From NCBI GenBank assembly GCA_027038175.1, contig JALVYB010000098.1, positions 7,606 through 71,605 on the forward strand: a stretch of DNA of 64,000 nucleotides, written 5' to 3'. Below are positions 40,252-50,601 of this stretch, piece after piece. Source of the stretch: a candidate division WOR-3 bacterium (GTDB lineage Bacteria; Hydrothermota; Hydrothermia; UBA1063; CAJXJZ01). The notes below the pieces were generated by a model, which saw only the letters and a program-made list of their open reading frames with translations, was not told the DNA's origin and searched no databases. The translations under genes and the position numbers were made by a program. How positions within the stretch are numbered: the stretch's first letter is position 1; every line of letters starts with the position of its first letter.

Positions 40252-41543
40252 CTGAGTATCTCCTTTATCGCCCGTTCTTTTTTAAATTCTCTTCTTCTCA
40301 TCCCTTTTAATCTTGAAGGGACACCTCCTAAAAGTCCCATATTTGCGTTCATGGGTTGAAATACTCCACCGCTGCCCTCTGAAATGTACTTAAGGAGTGC
40401 CCCGCTCATGGTGTGTTCTGGCAAAGGTATTTGCTTTTTGTCCTTTATCATGTTGTATACGAAAATTGAAGATATAAGTCCTCCCATAATGGCTTCAACA
40501 TATCCTTCTGTCCCGGAAAGTTGACCTGCGATAAATATATGAGGATACTTTTTTAAATTGAGGGTTCTTGATATAACGCCTGGAGCATTTATGAAGGTGT
40601 TCCTGTGTATTTGTCCATACCGTAAGACCTTCGCATTTTCAAGACCTGGTATGAGGTGTATAAGTTTCACTTGCTCGCTTCTTTTGAGCCTTGTCTGAAA
40701 TCCAACAAGAGAGTACATGGTTTTCTCTTTATTTTCTGCCCGAAGTTGGACTACAGCAAAAGGGGTTTTGCCTGTTTTAGGGTCTTTTAGACCCTTTGGA
40801 GAAAGTGGACCGTATACAAGAGTGAGCCTTCCTCGTTTTGCCATCTCCTCTATAGGAAGACACCCCTCGAAATAGGGTATCTCTTTATCAAAATCATGAA
40901 CTTTGAATGACTCTGCATTCACAATAAAGTTATAAAACCTATCGTACTCTTCCTCTGTCATAGGAGCGTTTAAATATGCATCATTATCAATACCGTGCCT
41001 ATCCTTAAAATACAGTTTTTCCATATTAAGCGATTCTGCATCCACTATTGGAGAGATAGCATCGTAGAAGTTCAAGAATTCTTCCCCAATGAGTTTTTTA
41101 AGATTTTCTGCGAATAAGCCATCGGTAAGCGGACCCGTTGCAATGATAACAGGAGTCAGGTTATCTTCAGGTATTTCCTCGACTCTCTCCCTTCTTACTT
41201 CTATGTAAGGGTGAGATTCTATTTCTCTGGTTACGGATTCTGCGAATTTTTCCCTGTCAACTACCAGGGCTTTCCCACCTGAAATTCTGCTTTTTTTTGC
41301 CATGTCGAGAAGGATTGAACCCAGTATTTCAATCTCTTTTTTCAAAAGCCCATGGGCATTGGTCTCTTCCTGTGATTTTAAAGAGTTGCTGCACACAAGT
41401 TCAGCCAATTTGTCGGTTGTATGAGCAGGGGTTGTATGTGCTGGCCTTTGTTCGTACAGAATGACCTTTATTTTCCTCTCTGCAAGTTGAAGAGCAGCCT
41501 CACTGCCAGCAAGTCCACCACCTACAATAATAACCTGTTCCAT
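40230..41543 (-). CDS. trmFO: tRNA:m5U54 methyltransferase TrmFO (Gid)
   Basis: GGGLAGSEAA, AELVCSNS, YFEGCLPIEE, VGFQTRL, AGQLSGTEGY. Confidence 0.97.
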   Translation of the reverse strand: MEQVIIVGGGLAGSEAALQLAERKIKVILYEQRPAHTTPAHTTDKLAELVCSNSLKSQEETNAHGLLKKEIEILGSILLDMAKKSRISGGKALVVDREKFAESVTREIESHPYIEVRRERVEEIPEDNLTPVIIATGPLTDGLFAENLKKLIGEEFLNFYDAISPIVDAESLNMEKLYFKDRHGIDNDAYLNAPMTEEEYDRFYNFIVNAESFKVHDFDKEIPYFEGCLPIEEMAKRGRLTLVYGPLSPKGLKDPKTGKTPFAVVQLRAENKEKTMYSLVGFQTRLKRSEQVKLIHLIPGLENAKVLRYGQIHRNTFINAPGVISRTLNLKKYPHIFIAGQLSGTEGYVEAIMGGLISSIFVYNMIKDKKQIPLPEHTMSGALLKYISEGSGGVFQPMNANMGLLGGVPSRLKGMRRREFKKERAIKEILRWKETML

Positions 41544-41596
41544 AGGAATTTAATTATACTCTAAAACTCCCGTCCCGCAATGGTGAATGTGTGATG

Positions 41597-41623
41597 AAAA
41601 TGCGGGGCAATGCCCCGCATTTT
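41597..41623 (-). terminator. Intrinsic terminator
   Basis: AAAATGCGGGGC-AAT-GCCCCGCATTTT just downstream of the 41626 stop. Confidence 0.85.
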
Positions 41624-41625
41624 GT

Positions 41626-43875
41626 TTATTTTACGACTATAATCTTTTGGATACTACGTGTATTCTCTTTGTTAACTACAAAGTATATCCCTCTTCTTAC
41701 TGTACTTTGCTCTGATAGTTTTTTGCCGGATATATCAAACACTGTGTACTCTTTATTGTCTCTCAAATAAATGTTGTGAAAGTCTTTTGCCCGCATTATC
41801 TTACCTCTATACGTTTTCTCTGAGTTTTCCTGAGTATGCTCTGTAATGATGGTAACCACATATACAGAGTTTGTATCTCCAGGCGTTCCATAATCAGGTA
41901 CCTTTCCTCCTGAACCTGATGCAGCCCAGTTTGTAGGGTCATTATTGTCAATATTTGGGTCTTTTAATTCCAATGATGGGCCTCCTCCGTCAGGAGTTGT
42001 GGGCCATGGTGATGCATCGTCGTACAACACACTGTCCACGGTATTTCCTGCCGCATCAACCAGTTTTACCCACTCACCACTGTTTGAAAGTTGAACACTG
42101 TCTGCAATGTTTATGAGTATCTCATCTCCGTCAGTAAGATATGGCTGATAATCCGGTTTTGAAAGAAGGGAGTTAGTATCGCGTGCGAAGACAACAAAAT
42201 AGTAAGGTGGTACTTTCGTTCCATTTGGCATGTGCGCTTCTCCTTCTCCATCGGTCAGATACCACCCGCTCATATCTACAGTATCAGGGGTCGCATTCCA
42301 TACTTCCGTATATTCGTATAAACTATCATCACCCCATGTGGTCGAGGGATTATACATTATTTCATTTATGATAACACCGGCGTTGAGTTGGTATTGAGAA
42401 CTTTTGACAGTGTATGAAATGGTATCTGACACACTCCTTGCTCCCGAATCGTCTATTGCTACAACAAAATATGAAATATTTGTGCCTGCAGAATAGGTAC
42501 CAATGTCGTAGTGAAAAGTGTCAGTAGAGATTGCAAAATGAAATGATGCCGTATACGTTCCACCATTAACTGATACATAAATAGAGTCGGTGACAAGTTC
42601 GTGGTCATCAGTAATTATGGCATGTGCTATTACAGAGTCTGTATCTGTAGGGAATGAAGGTTCATGCCAGACATTTGAAATTAAAGGTGGCTGGTTAGCG
42701 GTATGGTTGTATACTATATACGAGAAGGTATCTGATACGGTTCTTGCCCCCGAATCATCAATTGCTATTATATAGTAGTAAACTGTATCATCATAATTCT
42801 GTGGCATAATTTCAAAGTACGATGTGTCGTTACTCCTTGTGAGATGAAATATTGCTGTAAATGTTCCACTATTTATGGCATAGTAAAGAGAGTCTGTGGT
42901 TACTATATTGTCATCAGTTATTAAAGCAGATACTTTCACTGTATCTGTATCTGTTACCATAGTTGGGGTTTGTATTATGGTATCTATTAAAGGAGGAGTA
43001 TTGGTTACTTGCTTTTGGATAAGCCATAAACATATATTTAATGTAACGGTGGAGTCTTTGTACGTATACCACCCGTCATATAAATTATCGCCTGGATCCC
43101 CAGTACCGTCATCTACAGGGGAAGAATCACCAAATCCTGCTATTTTCCCGTTGCCATATGTTCCTGTAAAAACTATAACATTAGAATTGCTTCCTTGAGT
43201 TTCAGCGTTTTCCCATATATGTCCACGGAGAGATGGATTTGTGTTAGTATTTAAAGTAATTACTGTGCCTCCCCAATAACCGAAAGTATCCACTATTCCT
43301 GCTGGTCCATTAATGATTGAATCATTGGGATCGGTATTTACGTTGGTTATTGTCTCGCTTATGTAATTATTAGCATCTCCTGTCGTGTCAAAGTGTACTC
43401 CGAATATATCTTCAAATGCTGCGTTAAAAACGCGTGGAGAATCCCAGCCGTCATTGTCTCTGTCTGAAGCGTTGTGGTCAGAAATCATAAAAAATCCGCC
43501 CCCATTTTGTACAAAATCTGTGATTGCCTGAATTTCAGATGCGCTGAGTGGATTCTGTGGCTCTACCATCACAAATACATCAAAATTTGAAAGGTCCATG
43601 GGGCTGGATGTTCCATAGGTAATTGCACTATCCGGTGGAAGGGTTACAACCTCATGTCCTAACTTATACAAAGCGTAACCCCACGATGAAATCGCTCTGT
43701 CCCAGTCGGTTGCTGAGGTTGGATTTTGCGGTTGTGGATAAGGATAATCACTATCTATAATCCAGTCAGCATTTCCGGCTGTTTCATTTTTTGTATAATC
43801 AAACAAAAAACGTGCAGCCATAAGGCTTTGTGCTATTAGAGTGATTAGTATTATCTTGAATACATATTGCCTCAT
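41626..43875 (-). CDS. Secreted multidomain protein: N-terminal GATase-like domain, two Ig-like repeats, lamin tail domain, T9SS-like CTD
   Basis: Signal peptide ending SLMA; LFDYTKNETAGNADW; LTD motifs IINEIMYNP, EYTEVWN, LSNSGE, GTPG; CTD VFDISGKK...GIYFV. Confidence 0.75.
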   Translation of the reverse strand: MRQYVFKIILITLIAQSLMAARFLFDYTKNETAGNADWIIDSDYPYPQPQNPTSATDWDRAISSWGYALYKLGHEVVTLPPDSAITYGTSSPMDLSNFDVFVMVEPQNPLSASEIQAITDFVQNGGGFFMISDHNASDRDNDGWDSPRVFNAAFEDIFGVHFDTTGDANNYISETITNVNTDPNDSIINGPAGIVDTFGYWGGTVITLNTNTNPSLRGHIWENAETQGSNSNVIVFTGTYGNGKIAGFGDSSPVDDGTGDPGDNLYDGWYTYKDSTVTLNICLWLIQKQVTNTPPLIDTIIQTPTMVTDTDTVKVSALITDDNIVTTDSLYYAINSGTFTAIFHLTRSNDTSYFEIMPQNYDDTVYYYIIAIDDSGARTVSDTFSYIVYNHTANQPPLISNVWHEPSFPTDTDSVIAHAIITDDHELVTDSIYVSVNGGTYTASFHFAISTDTFHYDIGTYSAGTNISYFVVAIDDSGARSVSDTISYTVKSSQYQLNAGVIINEIMYNPSTTWGDDSLYEYTEVWNATPDTVDMSGWYLTDGEGEAHMPNGTKVPPYYFVVFARDTNSLLSKPDYQPYLTDGDEILINIADSVQLSNSGEWVKLVDAAGNTVDSVLYDDASPWPTTPDGGGPSLELKDPNIDNNDPTNWAASGSGGKVPDYGTPGDTNSVYVVTIITEHTQENSEKTYRGKIMRAKDFHNIYLRDNKEYTVFDISGKKLSEQSTVRRGIYFVVNKENTRSIQKIIVVK
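42406..43002 (-). repeat. Two tandem 97-aa intragenic repeats (43002-42712 and 42696-42406)
   Basis: N(T/Q)PPLI...TDTD(T/S)V...ITDD...TDS(L/I)Y...AIDDSGAR(T/S)VSDT(F/I)SY.V in both copies. Confidence 0.9.
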
Positions 43876-43903
43876 AATACCTCCTATTTTGTCAAAGCCT
43901 TTA

Positions 43904-43933
43904 ATTATACTGTTTAGGATTGTCCTGTGTCAA
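43904..43933 (-). promoter_or_regulatory. Sigma70-type promoter
   Basis: Minus strand TTGACA-N18-TATAAT upstream of a GGAGG RBS. Confidence 0.65.
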
Positions 43934-44086
43934 TAGTATTTTATAACTCCACTTTTCATGGGATTTTTGTAAAAGTATGTTCTCCAGATTGTGATAAAAT
44001 GTGACGGATTTTCGACACACTTTTGCAGGTTTATGCTGTTTTTATACTTTGATGTATAATCTCTTTATTCAAAGGAGGTTCCATAA

Positions 44087-44818
44087 ATGGAAAATACAGC
44101 AATAGTAACCGGTGCATCGAGAGGAATAGGGCTTAAAATAGCAGAATACCTTGCAAGAGATGGTTATAACGTATTACTTGTTGCAAGAAATGAGGAAAAG
44201 TTGAAAGAAAACGCTGATAAAATCGCATCCAGGTATGATGTGGAAACCATGTACTTTGCCATGGATCTTTCTCTAAAAGAGGATTTTGATAATCTCTCTC
44301 AGTTTATCAGGGAGAATATAAAGTCCATCAGTGTTCTTGTTAACAATGCAGGAATTACTAAAGATACCCTCTTTATGAGGATGAAAGAAAAAGACTACAG
44401 AAGTGTCATAGAGGTGAATCTTCTTGGTGTTTTTAATATGACTTCCATTGTTCTACCCTATATGCTTAAAGAAAGAAAGGGGGTTATCGTTAATATATCA
44501 TCTGTTGTGGGTATTACGGGAAATGCTGGACAAACAAACTATGCGGCTTCCAAAGCAGGTATTATTGGATTTACGAAATCTCTTGCGAAGGAGGTCGGAG
44601 CAAGGGGTATTAGAGTTGTTGCAGTAGCCCCGGGTTTTATTGAAACCGATATGACATCGTCTTTAAGTGACAGGATAAAAGAGGAGTATCTCTCGCGGAT
44701 TCCTTTAAGAAGGTTCGGCAAGCCAGAGGATGTGGCAGAAGTCGTGTCTTTTTTATGCAGAGATGCTGCCTCTTACATTACAGGACAGGTTATAGTCGTT
44801 GATGGCGGGATGATTTAA
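44087..44818 (+). CDS. fabG: 3-oxoacyl-ACP reductase
   Basis: [40 protein letters not shown]. Confidence 0.95.
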   Translation: MENTAIVTGASRGIGLKIAEYLARDGYNVLLVARNEEKLKENADKIASRYDVETMYFAMDLSLKEDFDNLSQFIRENIKSISVLVNNAGITKDTLFMRMKEKDYRSVIEVNLLGVFNMTSIVLPYMLKERKGVIVNISSVVGITGNAGQTNYAASKAGIIGFTKSLAKEVGARGIRVVAVAPGFIETDMTSSLSDRIKEEYLSRIPLRRFGKPEDVAEVVSFLCRDAASYITGQVIVVDGGMI

Positions 44819-47250
44819 AATTTCACTGTTGCTGTAAGTTGCCATCTTGCCGGTTGTTTTCGCAAAAATACCCCATTTAATGTGATGATGTTAAGAAGGG
44901 TGTTAACTTTGAACTTATATGAGATGCCTACATTGAGATAGGTGGAGAAGGGTATCTTTGTACTGCTTGTATATGAGGTGGTTACGTTCGCAGTGTATTT
45001 ACTTATGGATAGGTTGAAGCGATTTTTAAAGGTATAAAAGTTTTTTTCAAATGGCTGGAAACTCCCATACTGAATTTCTGTTGCGTTGTGCACTTTTTTT
45101 CTCTTAAGCAAAAGAGATATCCCGTATACTTTCTTTTCAAAACCTAATAGGTCATCTTTCTGATGTTCGTAACTTGCTCCTGGACTCATGATTTTGTCAG
45201 TGAATGTAAATAAGTGGAGTTGTACATGCCAGAGGCCAACTTTATTCATATCAGTTAATATATTCTGTGATGTGAAAGAGGAACCGAAACGAGTCCCATA
45301 TATAAATGGAGATGAAAAGGATGTACTCATGTTTAATCTCTTTTCGTTTTCTGTATTCTCGATTTTAAGATTTGCGGTGATGGAGTACCTTGCGTGAGTG
45401 AAATAAAATTCAGTTGATGTAATGTTTTTATAGGTTAAATCTCCTGAGATTGCCGGGATTATTATCCTTGTAAACTCACCAAATTCAGAAGGCAGCATTC
45501 TGCCAGATGCAGAGTCATACATAAAGGCCCCGGAGGGTGTTTTGATATAACGTTCTATATATAAGTTGTCCATATCAAGCATGCGCCCAAGTTGGAAATT
45601 TAAATGTCCCGCATTAAATCTCAGAGTGTTTAACATATTATAGGTAAAAAATGAAGGGGTTTTCATTATTTCAAAGTGGAAGTCACTTAATTTGCTATGA
45701 ACATTGTGCTTTATAAATATTCCATAGTTTATTTTCACAGAATCTTTGCCTGCGAAAGCGTATATATAAGGAAAATTGAACGAGTTTACCTCAAGGCCAA
45801 TAGTTTTTTCGTGAAACCTGTTATAATAAAGCGAAAGGGAAAGGTAAGCGTGTTTGTACAAAAGAATGGTCTCTTTAAGTTTTTTCTCCCCCGTTAATCT
45901 CAGTTTTATAGAGTTAAAACTTATGGTAGTATTCCAGTGAGGTAGACTGTCCATGGTGCTGTGCAAAGTAAGGTATTTTCTGTCGCTTCCTATGGTAAGG
46001 TCTGCGAACTTTTCATTCTCCAGTTTCTCTCTGTACGATTGTAGAGACTGATTATAGGTGGGGTAGGGTAGATACACGGTTCCATCTGTTTTTCTCATGC
46101 CAGCCTCAACTTGAAAGAGTTTTTTTCGTATTCCTGCAGAAATTTCTATCCCTTTTCCCCTTTCTGTTATCTCTGAATTGCCTTTTTCAGATTGAGTATA
46201 GGTTGTTTTCAGAAATATGTCCTTTCCCCCTTTTATCGAAATTTTATTGAAATTAATTGAAGGTGAAACATTTTCTCTCTCAGGTGTATAGTGTCCACTG
46301 CCTTTTCCTACAAAAACATAGTAATCACCCTCCTTTACATATTCATAGGCCCCATTTATTGTATCCAGTTGGAAATACACCATGTAATGCCCTTTCCCCT
46401 TTCCCACATACACAAAAATACTGTCCTGTTTCTCGTAATCTCCCCCGCCTTGCGGATAAAATACGCCTCCCAGTGAATCGGGTATCATCTGTTTTACTCT
46501 GTTTTCCCTGTAAACCATTGCATTTGCCTTTAAAAATTTCTTTGAGAGACCTCCCTCTAAATTATAAACCATTAAAGGGGAAAAAGGGGTGTGATACTGG
46601 TAGGTAACAAGGAGTCTGTGCTCTATTCCTGAATCTTTTATGTAAAGGAATAGTATACCACGAGTATAATCGAGCCTGTACTGGGTTTTGTCAAGGATTT
46701 TCCCGTCTATGAATACATTCTCGCTCCCTTCGATGATTGGGATCTCTTTCCGGGTTATTTTTATGGGAATAGAGTAAGGAGGTTTTACAATAGTATCAAA
46801 CGTTTCCATGACGCCATTTTTCTCACCAACTCCACCTCTTATTGTGAATGTGCTGTGTGTGAAACCGAAATACCCTCCATCGAGTTTATTACCATAAAGT
46901 GAATATCTTCCAAGTAAAAAGGAATCCCTTTTCCTTTTAATGGTCAAATAGGCTGTATTTGCGTCTTTTAAACTTATGGTGTAAACATCATTTAAAGGTG
47001 AGAATTTGTTATCGTAGAGAAAGCCGCTTATTACCCATCCTCCTTGAGTCCTGCCACTTATATGAATGTTTGTTGACTGAAATATATCACCGTTTTTGCC
47101 TGTTCCCTGTGCATAAAATGCTTTTTCTCCCTCTACCAGAATATCCGTGTTAAAATGTGCAGTGTCTGCTCTGAGCGTTTTCGAAGAATCTGGAGAATTT
47201 ACTATTCTCGGGTTCTCAAACCATATTCCAAAAAGCAACCATAAAATCAT
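44815..47250 (-). CDS. Uncharacterised large outer-membrane beta-barrel protein
   Basis: Amphipathic strands ending [21 protein letters not shown]...[11 protein letters not shown] segment; Gly/Tyr repeats YVGKGKGHY and FVGKGSGHY. Confidence 0.55.
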   Translation of the reverse strand: MILWLLFGIWFENPRIVNSPDSSKTLRADTAHFNTDILVEGEKAFYAQGTGKNGDIFQSTNIHISGRTQGGWVISGFLYDNKFSPLNDVYTISLKDANTAYLTIKRKRDSFLLGRYSLYGNKLDGGYFGFTHSTFTIRGGVGEKNGVMETFDTIVKPPYSIPIKITRKEIPIIEGSENVFIDGKILDKTQYRLDYTRGILFLYIKDSGIEHRLLVTYQYHTPFSPLMVYNLEGGLSKKFLKANAMVYRENRVKQMIPDSLGGVFYPQGGGDYEKQDSIFVYVGKGKGHYMVYFQLDTINGAYEYVKEGDYYVFVGKGSGHYTPERENVSPSINFNKISIKGGKDIFLKTTYTQSEKGNSEITERGKGIEISAGIRKKLFQVEAGMRKTDGTVYLPYPTYNQSLQSYREKLENEKFADLTIGSDRKYLTLHSTMDSLPHWNTTISFNSIKLRLTGEKKLKETILLYKHAYLSLSLYYNRFHEKTIGLEVNSFNFPYIYAFAGKDSVKINYGIFIKHNVHSKLSDFHFEIMKTPSFFTYNMLNTLRFNAGHLNFQLGRMLDMDNLYIERYIKTPSGAFMYDSASGRMLPSEFGEFTRIIIPAISGDLTYKNITSTEFYFTHARYSITANLKIENTENEKRLNMSTSFSSPFIYGTRFGSSFTSQNILTDMNKVGLWHVQLHLFTFTDKIMSPGASYEHQKDDLLGFEKKVYGISLLLKRKKVHNATEIQYGSFQPFEKNFYTFKNRFNLSISKYTANVTTSYTSSTKIPFSTYLNVGISYKFKVNTLLNIITLNGVFLRKQPARWQLTATVKF

Positions 47251-48158
47251 TTTCTACGGAATCTAATAAGCAACATGGCTCCTAAAACACTTACCAGAAA
47301 TATAGAGACGAAGTATAAAAGTGAGGTTGCCATTGCTGCTTCTTTCCCAATGTACTTACTGAACAGGAATACGAATCCTCCTTCTCGCATTCCAAATCCA
47401 GATACTGTCACAGGAATCATGCTCAAAAAGTTAATGAAAGGTACAAATAGTATGGTCCTTATAAGTCCCGCATGTTCTCTTATGGAGATAGTTATGAAAT
47501 AAACATCCAGAGAGTATAAAAGCTGTATCAAAAAAGAATAAAACAGTGCCATGGTTATAATTTTCTTACTTCTGAATGAGTGTAGAAACTCATAGATATG
47601 GTAGAGATGTTCTCCCATTGGCAGTTTTTGCAGAATAGAAAAGACAAAGGCGGTTCTTTTTGAAAAGAGCATGAAAAAAAATAGTATTTGAAGTAAAAGT
47701 GCAACAATCACTATCTTTGCGTATTTTCCTGTATCCTGAAGGCTGTACAGGAGTCCTAAAAACACATAAATATTTATTGCAAGGAAACCAAACACCCTGT
47801 CCATAAAGGTGGATGAAAGTTTCTCTTTTATTTTGTCTTTCCCTAAGAACATAAGTCTTGCCACGTCAAGCCCACCAGAAGGGAGAAAATTCGCAAGAAA
47901 CAGGGATTTTAGGTAGTGTGAAAACAGAGTTAAAAGCGGTACATTAATACCAAGATTTGATAAAAATAGTCTCCATCTCATACTTGATAAGAATATACCT
48001 GCAAGATACATAAAAGATGCAAGAGCAAAATACCAGAGATTTACGCGAGAAAAGATAGTTATAAGTCCTTTAACATTGACTTTTTTAAACAGAATATAGA
48101 GTAGGATGATAGTAACGACAATTTTGCCAGTTTCAAGTAATATCTTTTTGGTCTTCAT
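47247..48158 (-). CDS. UPF0104 / lysylphosphatidylglycerol synthase TM-domain protein
   Basis: SMRW, ANFLPSGGLDVAR, MDRVFG, PVTVSGFGMREG. Confidence 0.85.
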   Translation of the reverse strand: MKTKKILLETGKIVVTIILLYILFKKVNVKGLITIFSRVNLWYFALASFMYLAGIFLSSMRWRLFLSNLGINVPLLTLFSHYLKSLFLANFLPSGGLDVARLMFLGKDKIKEKLSSTFMDRVFGFLAINIYVFLGLLYSLQDTGKYAKIVIVALLLQILFFFMLFSKRTAFVFSILQKLPMGEHLYHIYEFLHSFRSKKIITMALFYSFLIQLLYSLDVYFITISIREHAGLIRTILFVPFINFLSMIPVTVSGFGMREGGFVFLFSKYIGKEAAMATSLLYFVSIFLVSVLGAMLLIRFRRK

Positions 48159-48846
48159 ATAAATGCTCCTTTGTAAGTGAAGTAATAATGTCCACTGTCT
48201 TTTTGCCTATTTTGAATGTTGCTATACTCTCAAAATCTCTGACAGTAAGAAAGAAAAGTTCTTTTATTACTCCACTCTCAACTTTTATACTATCTGAATA
48301 CAGAGGGGCACATTTGTCACACAGAGGACCTCCAGCCTCCGGGCTTATATATTTTACTGTTTTACTTCCGCATTTTACACAGGTGGTAATTCTCGGTAAA
48401 ACTCCTTCAAGGTGAAGGATTTTAAGCAGCGCTCCATAGTAAAGTTCTCTATTACACTGTTCTTTTTTATGAGATACTCTCAATAGTCCCTCATATAGAG
48501 CAAATATTGATTTTGCAGTGTCAAGGGTTGCCATTTTAAATATGATTTTTCCCAATTCAGCACACCTTCTTACACTTTCGTAGTCTTTTATAAAACCCGA
48601 GTAACTCGCTATGAGCCGTGCATCCCTTATTGTATGTACCTCCCTTGTGTCTTTAAGAAAGAACTGAACAAGAGAAACGGAAAAAATATCTATTTCCCCG
48701 CGTATTTTCGATTTGGGTCTTTTATATCCTTTGGCAAGAAGAGAGACCGCTCCTATATCCTCTGATATACCTTGAAAGATAATGGAGGAGTCCATAAAGG
48801 GAATGGATTTTGTTGGAATAAAACGTGTCTTTATAAGTCCTCTCAA
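48133..48846 (-). CDS. recO: DNA repair protein RecO
   Basis: AKGYKRPKSK OB-fold segment; zinc finger CVKCG...GGPLCDKC. Confidence 0.85.
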   Translation of the reverse strand: MRGLIKTRFIPTKSIPFMDSSIIFQGISEDIGAVSLLAKGYKRPKSKIRGEIDIFSVSLVQFFLKDTREVHTIRDARLIASYSGFIKDYESVRRCAELGKIIFKMATLDTAKSIFALYEGLLRVSHKKEQCNRELYYGALLKILHLEGVLPRITTCVKCGSKTVKYISPEAGGPLCDKCAPLYSDSIKVESGVIKELFFLTVRDFESIATFKIGKKTVDIITSLTKEHLYEDQKDIT

Positions 48847-50135
48847 TAAGATAACCTCCCCTGGATTCTAAGGCGGAGAAGATTCTGGTCAGCGTTTTTT
48901 ATGTAGTATGTAGCAATTCTAAAGCCTTTATAGGAAAATCTATATCCTATTTTTAATCGGTTTTTAATTGATCCAAGAAAATATCCGTCTTTTACATCGT
49001 CAAGGAAAATATACTCCTCATCTCCCTGGGAAATAATGTAACTTATGGATAAACCATAGATTCCCATAGAATATCTGAGAAGGTAAGAAGGAGACCCTAT
49101 TGTTTTTACAATAGAAAAATAGGTGTAGTTTCTGCCGTATTTACCTGTACTCAGATATATTCTGGTCTTGTCATAGTAAGTTTTTTTGAGACCTATATTG
49201 AAGAAAGCATGTTTCTGTAAGAGGTGAAAATGGAGCGTTGTTGAAAGACGCATGAATCCCCTGTAAGTGTGTTTGTATGAAGCGTATGTTTTGATGGATG
49301 TATATTTACTGATTGTGTATCTTGAGTATATATGCCCCCCATAGATTCTGTAATCAGTGTATTTTGAGTAAATATCGAAGAAGGTGGTGTTTCTGCCCCT
49401 GTTTTCACCGGTTGAAAAGTAGAATACAGGGTTATTGTTAAATTGACCTGCCTCAATGTATAATCCTTTATGGACTAAAGAGAAGGTATATGCACTTTTT
49501 ATTGATGATGTTCCATTTATGAACATGAGAGCAAACGGACCATAGTAAATTTTAAACAGGTTTTTATGAGGGGTGTGGAAAAGGAGAATGTGTTTTGCAG
49601 TAAGGCCAAAATTATAGGTCGTATCCCTTTTTAGGCCGTCCTTTCTACGTATCACTCCATAATATTCAGTAAGTCCACCCCTGAAGACAGGGAATATATA
49701 TCCCTGGTAGATAGAGAAGTAACGGGTATGGACCGCATTCATGAAAAGGGTTTTATTTTCGTACTTCCATATAGAAGCCACAGGCATGTCTTTTAAAAAC
49801 ACGCTTACTCTGTAAGACACTGATGTATCCATGGTTAGCGATGCGTATAGAGTATGCGTGTGGTTAAAGTAAAAAACGTTGCCTAAATAGGCAGTCTCAA
49901 AGGGGAGAAGGCCTATTCTGTTTGACAGATCCTCTATAGATTTAAAGGGCTTTTTTTTACGTTCTATCATGATTAAACCAATTTCCCTGTCTGAAAGGAA
50001 TGGTATCTGGGAAAGAGCCTCATAGGATGCCGTGTTGGGATTTAAAATTCGAATAAAATCAAAGGAGATATCAAGAGAGTCTGTTATGTAGCCTGAGTGA
50101 GAAAAAATAGAATAAGCCAATAATAGTCTTAGCAT
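48843..50135 (-). CDS. ComEA-like helix-hairpin-helix domain fused to a probable beta-barrel
   Basis: LNPNTASYEALSQIPFLS...R..KPFKSIEDL; aromatic-rich strands ending in Y. Confidence 0.6.
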   Translation of the reverse strand: MLRLLLAYSIFSHSGYITDSLDISFDFIRILNPNTASYEALSQIPFLSDREIGLIMIERKKKPFKSIEDLSNRIGLLPFETAYLGNVFYFNHTHTLYASLTMDTSVSYRVSVFLKDMPVASIWKYENKTLFMNAVHTRYFSIYQGYIFPVFRGGLTEYYGVIRRKDGLKRDTTYNFGLTAKHILLFHTPHKNLFKIYYGPFALMFINGTSSIKSAYTFSLVHKGLYIEAGQFNNNPVFYFSTGENRGRNTTFFDIYSKYTDYRIYGGHIYSRYTISKYTSIKTYASYKHTYRGFMRLSTTLHFHLLQKHAFFNIGLKKTYYDKTRIYLSTGKYGRNYTYFSIVKTIGSPSYLLRYSMGIYGLSISYIISQGDEEYIFLDDVKDGYFLGSIKNRLKIGYRFSYKGFRIATYYIKNADQNLLRLRIQGRLSY

Positions 50136-50601
50136 CTTCTATGTTCCCCTCTTTGAGCATCTTATATGCATCATCCACTGTAAGTTTAACCACCTTTAAA
50201 AATTCGTCTTTATCCTCCGGTAATTTTGATCGTCGCAGGTTCTCGGCAATGTAAAGGTACATGTATTCGGTGGAGTAACCCGGCACTGTGTAAAATCTTG
50301 CCACAGGAATTAGCGTTTCTGGGAAAAAGCCCACCTCCTCCTGGAGTTCTCTTCTTGCGCATTCTGCAGGGTCTTCATTTTTCTCAAGTTTCCCTGCTGG
50401 CAATTCAAGTAACTCTTTACCGGCAGGATGTCTGTACTGTTCTACAAAATATATGTGTTCACCATCAAATGGAAGTATAGTCACAGCCCCGGGATAAGAG
50501 ACATACTCTCTTACGAAATTGTGGCTGTTATGCTGTAGAGTATCTTTTATTAGATCAAATATTTTGCCTTTATAAAGTATTTCGCTTTTTATAATTTTCA
50601 T
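50071..50601 (-). CDS. nudF: NUDIX hydrolase (ADP-ribose pyrophosphatase)
   Basis: QYRHP, ELPAGKLE...ARRELQEEVG, DKDEFL, DAKTIIG. Confidence 0.9.
   Translation of the reverse strand: MKIIKSEILYKGKIFDLIKDTLQHNSHNFVREYVSYPGAVTILPFDGEHIYFVEQYRHPAGKELLELPAGKLEKNEDPAECARRELQEEVGFFPETLIPVARFYTVPGYSTEYMYLYIAENLRRSKLPEDKDEFLKVVKLTVDDAYKMLKEGNIEDAKTIIGLFYFFSLRLHNRLS

Noticed and set aside
43876..44086. Longest intergenic gap as a possible ncRNA, riboswitch or CRISPR array
   Set aside because: Explained by divergent promoters; no repeats, cloverleaf or recognisable aptamer seen
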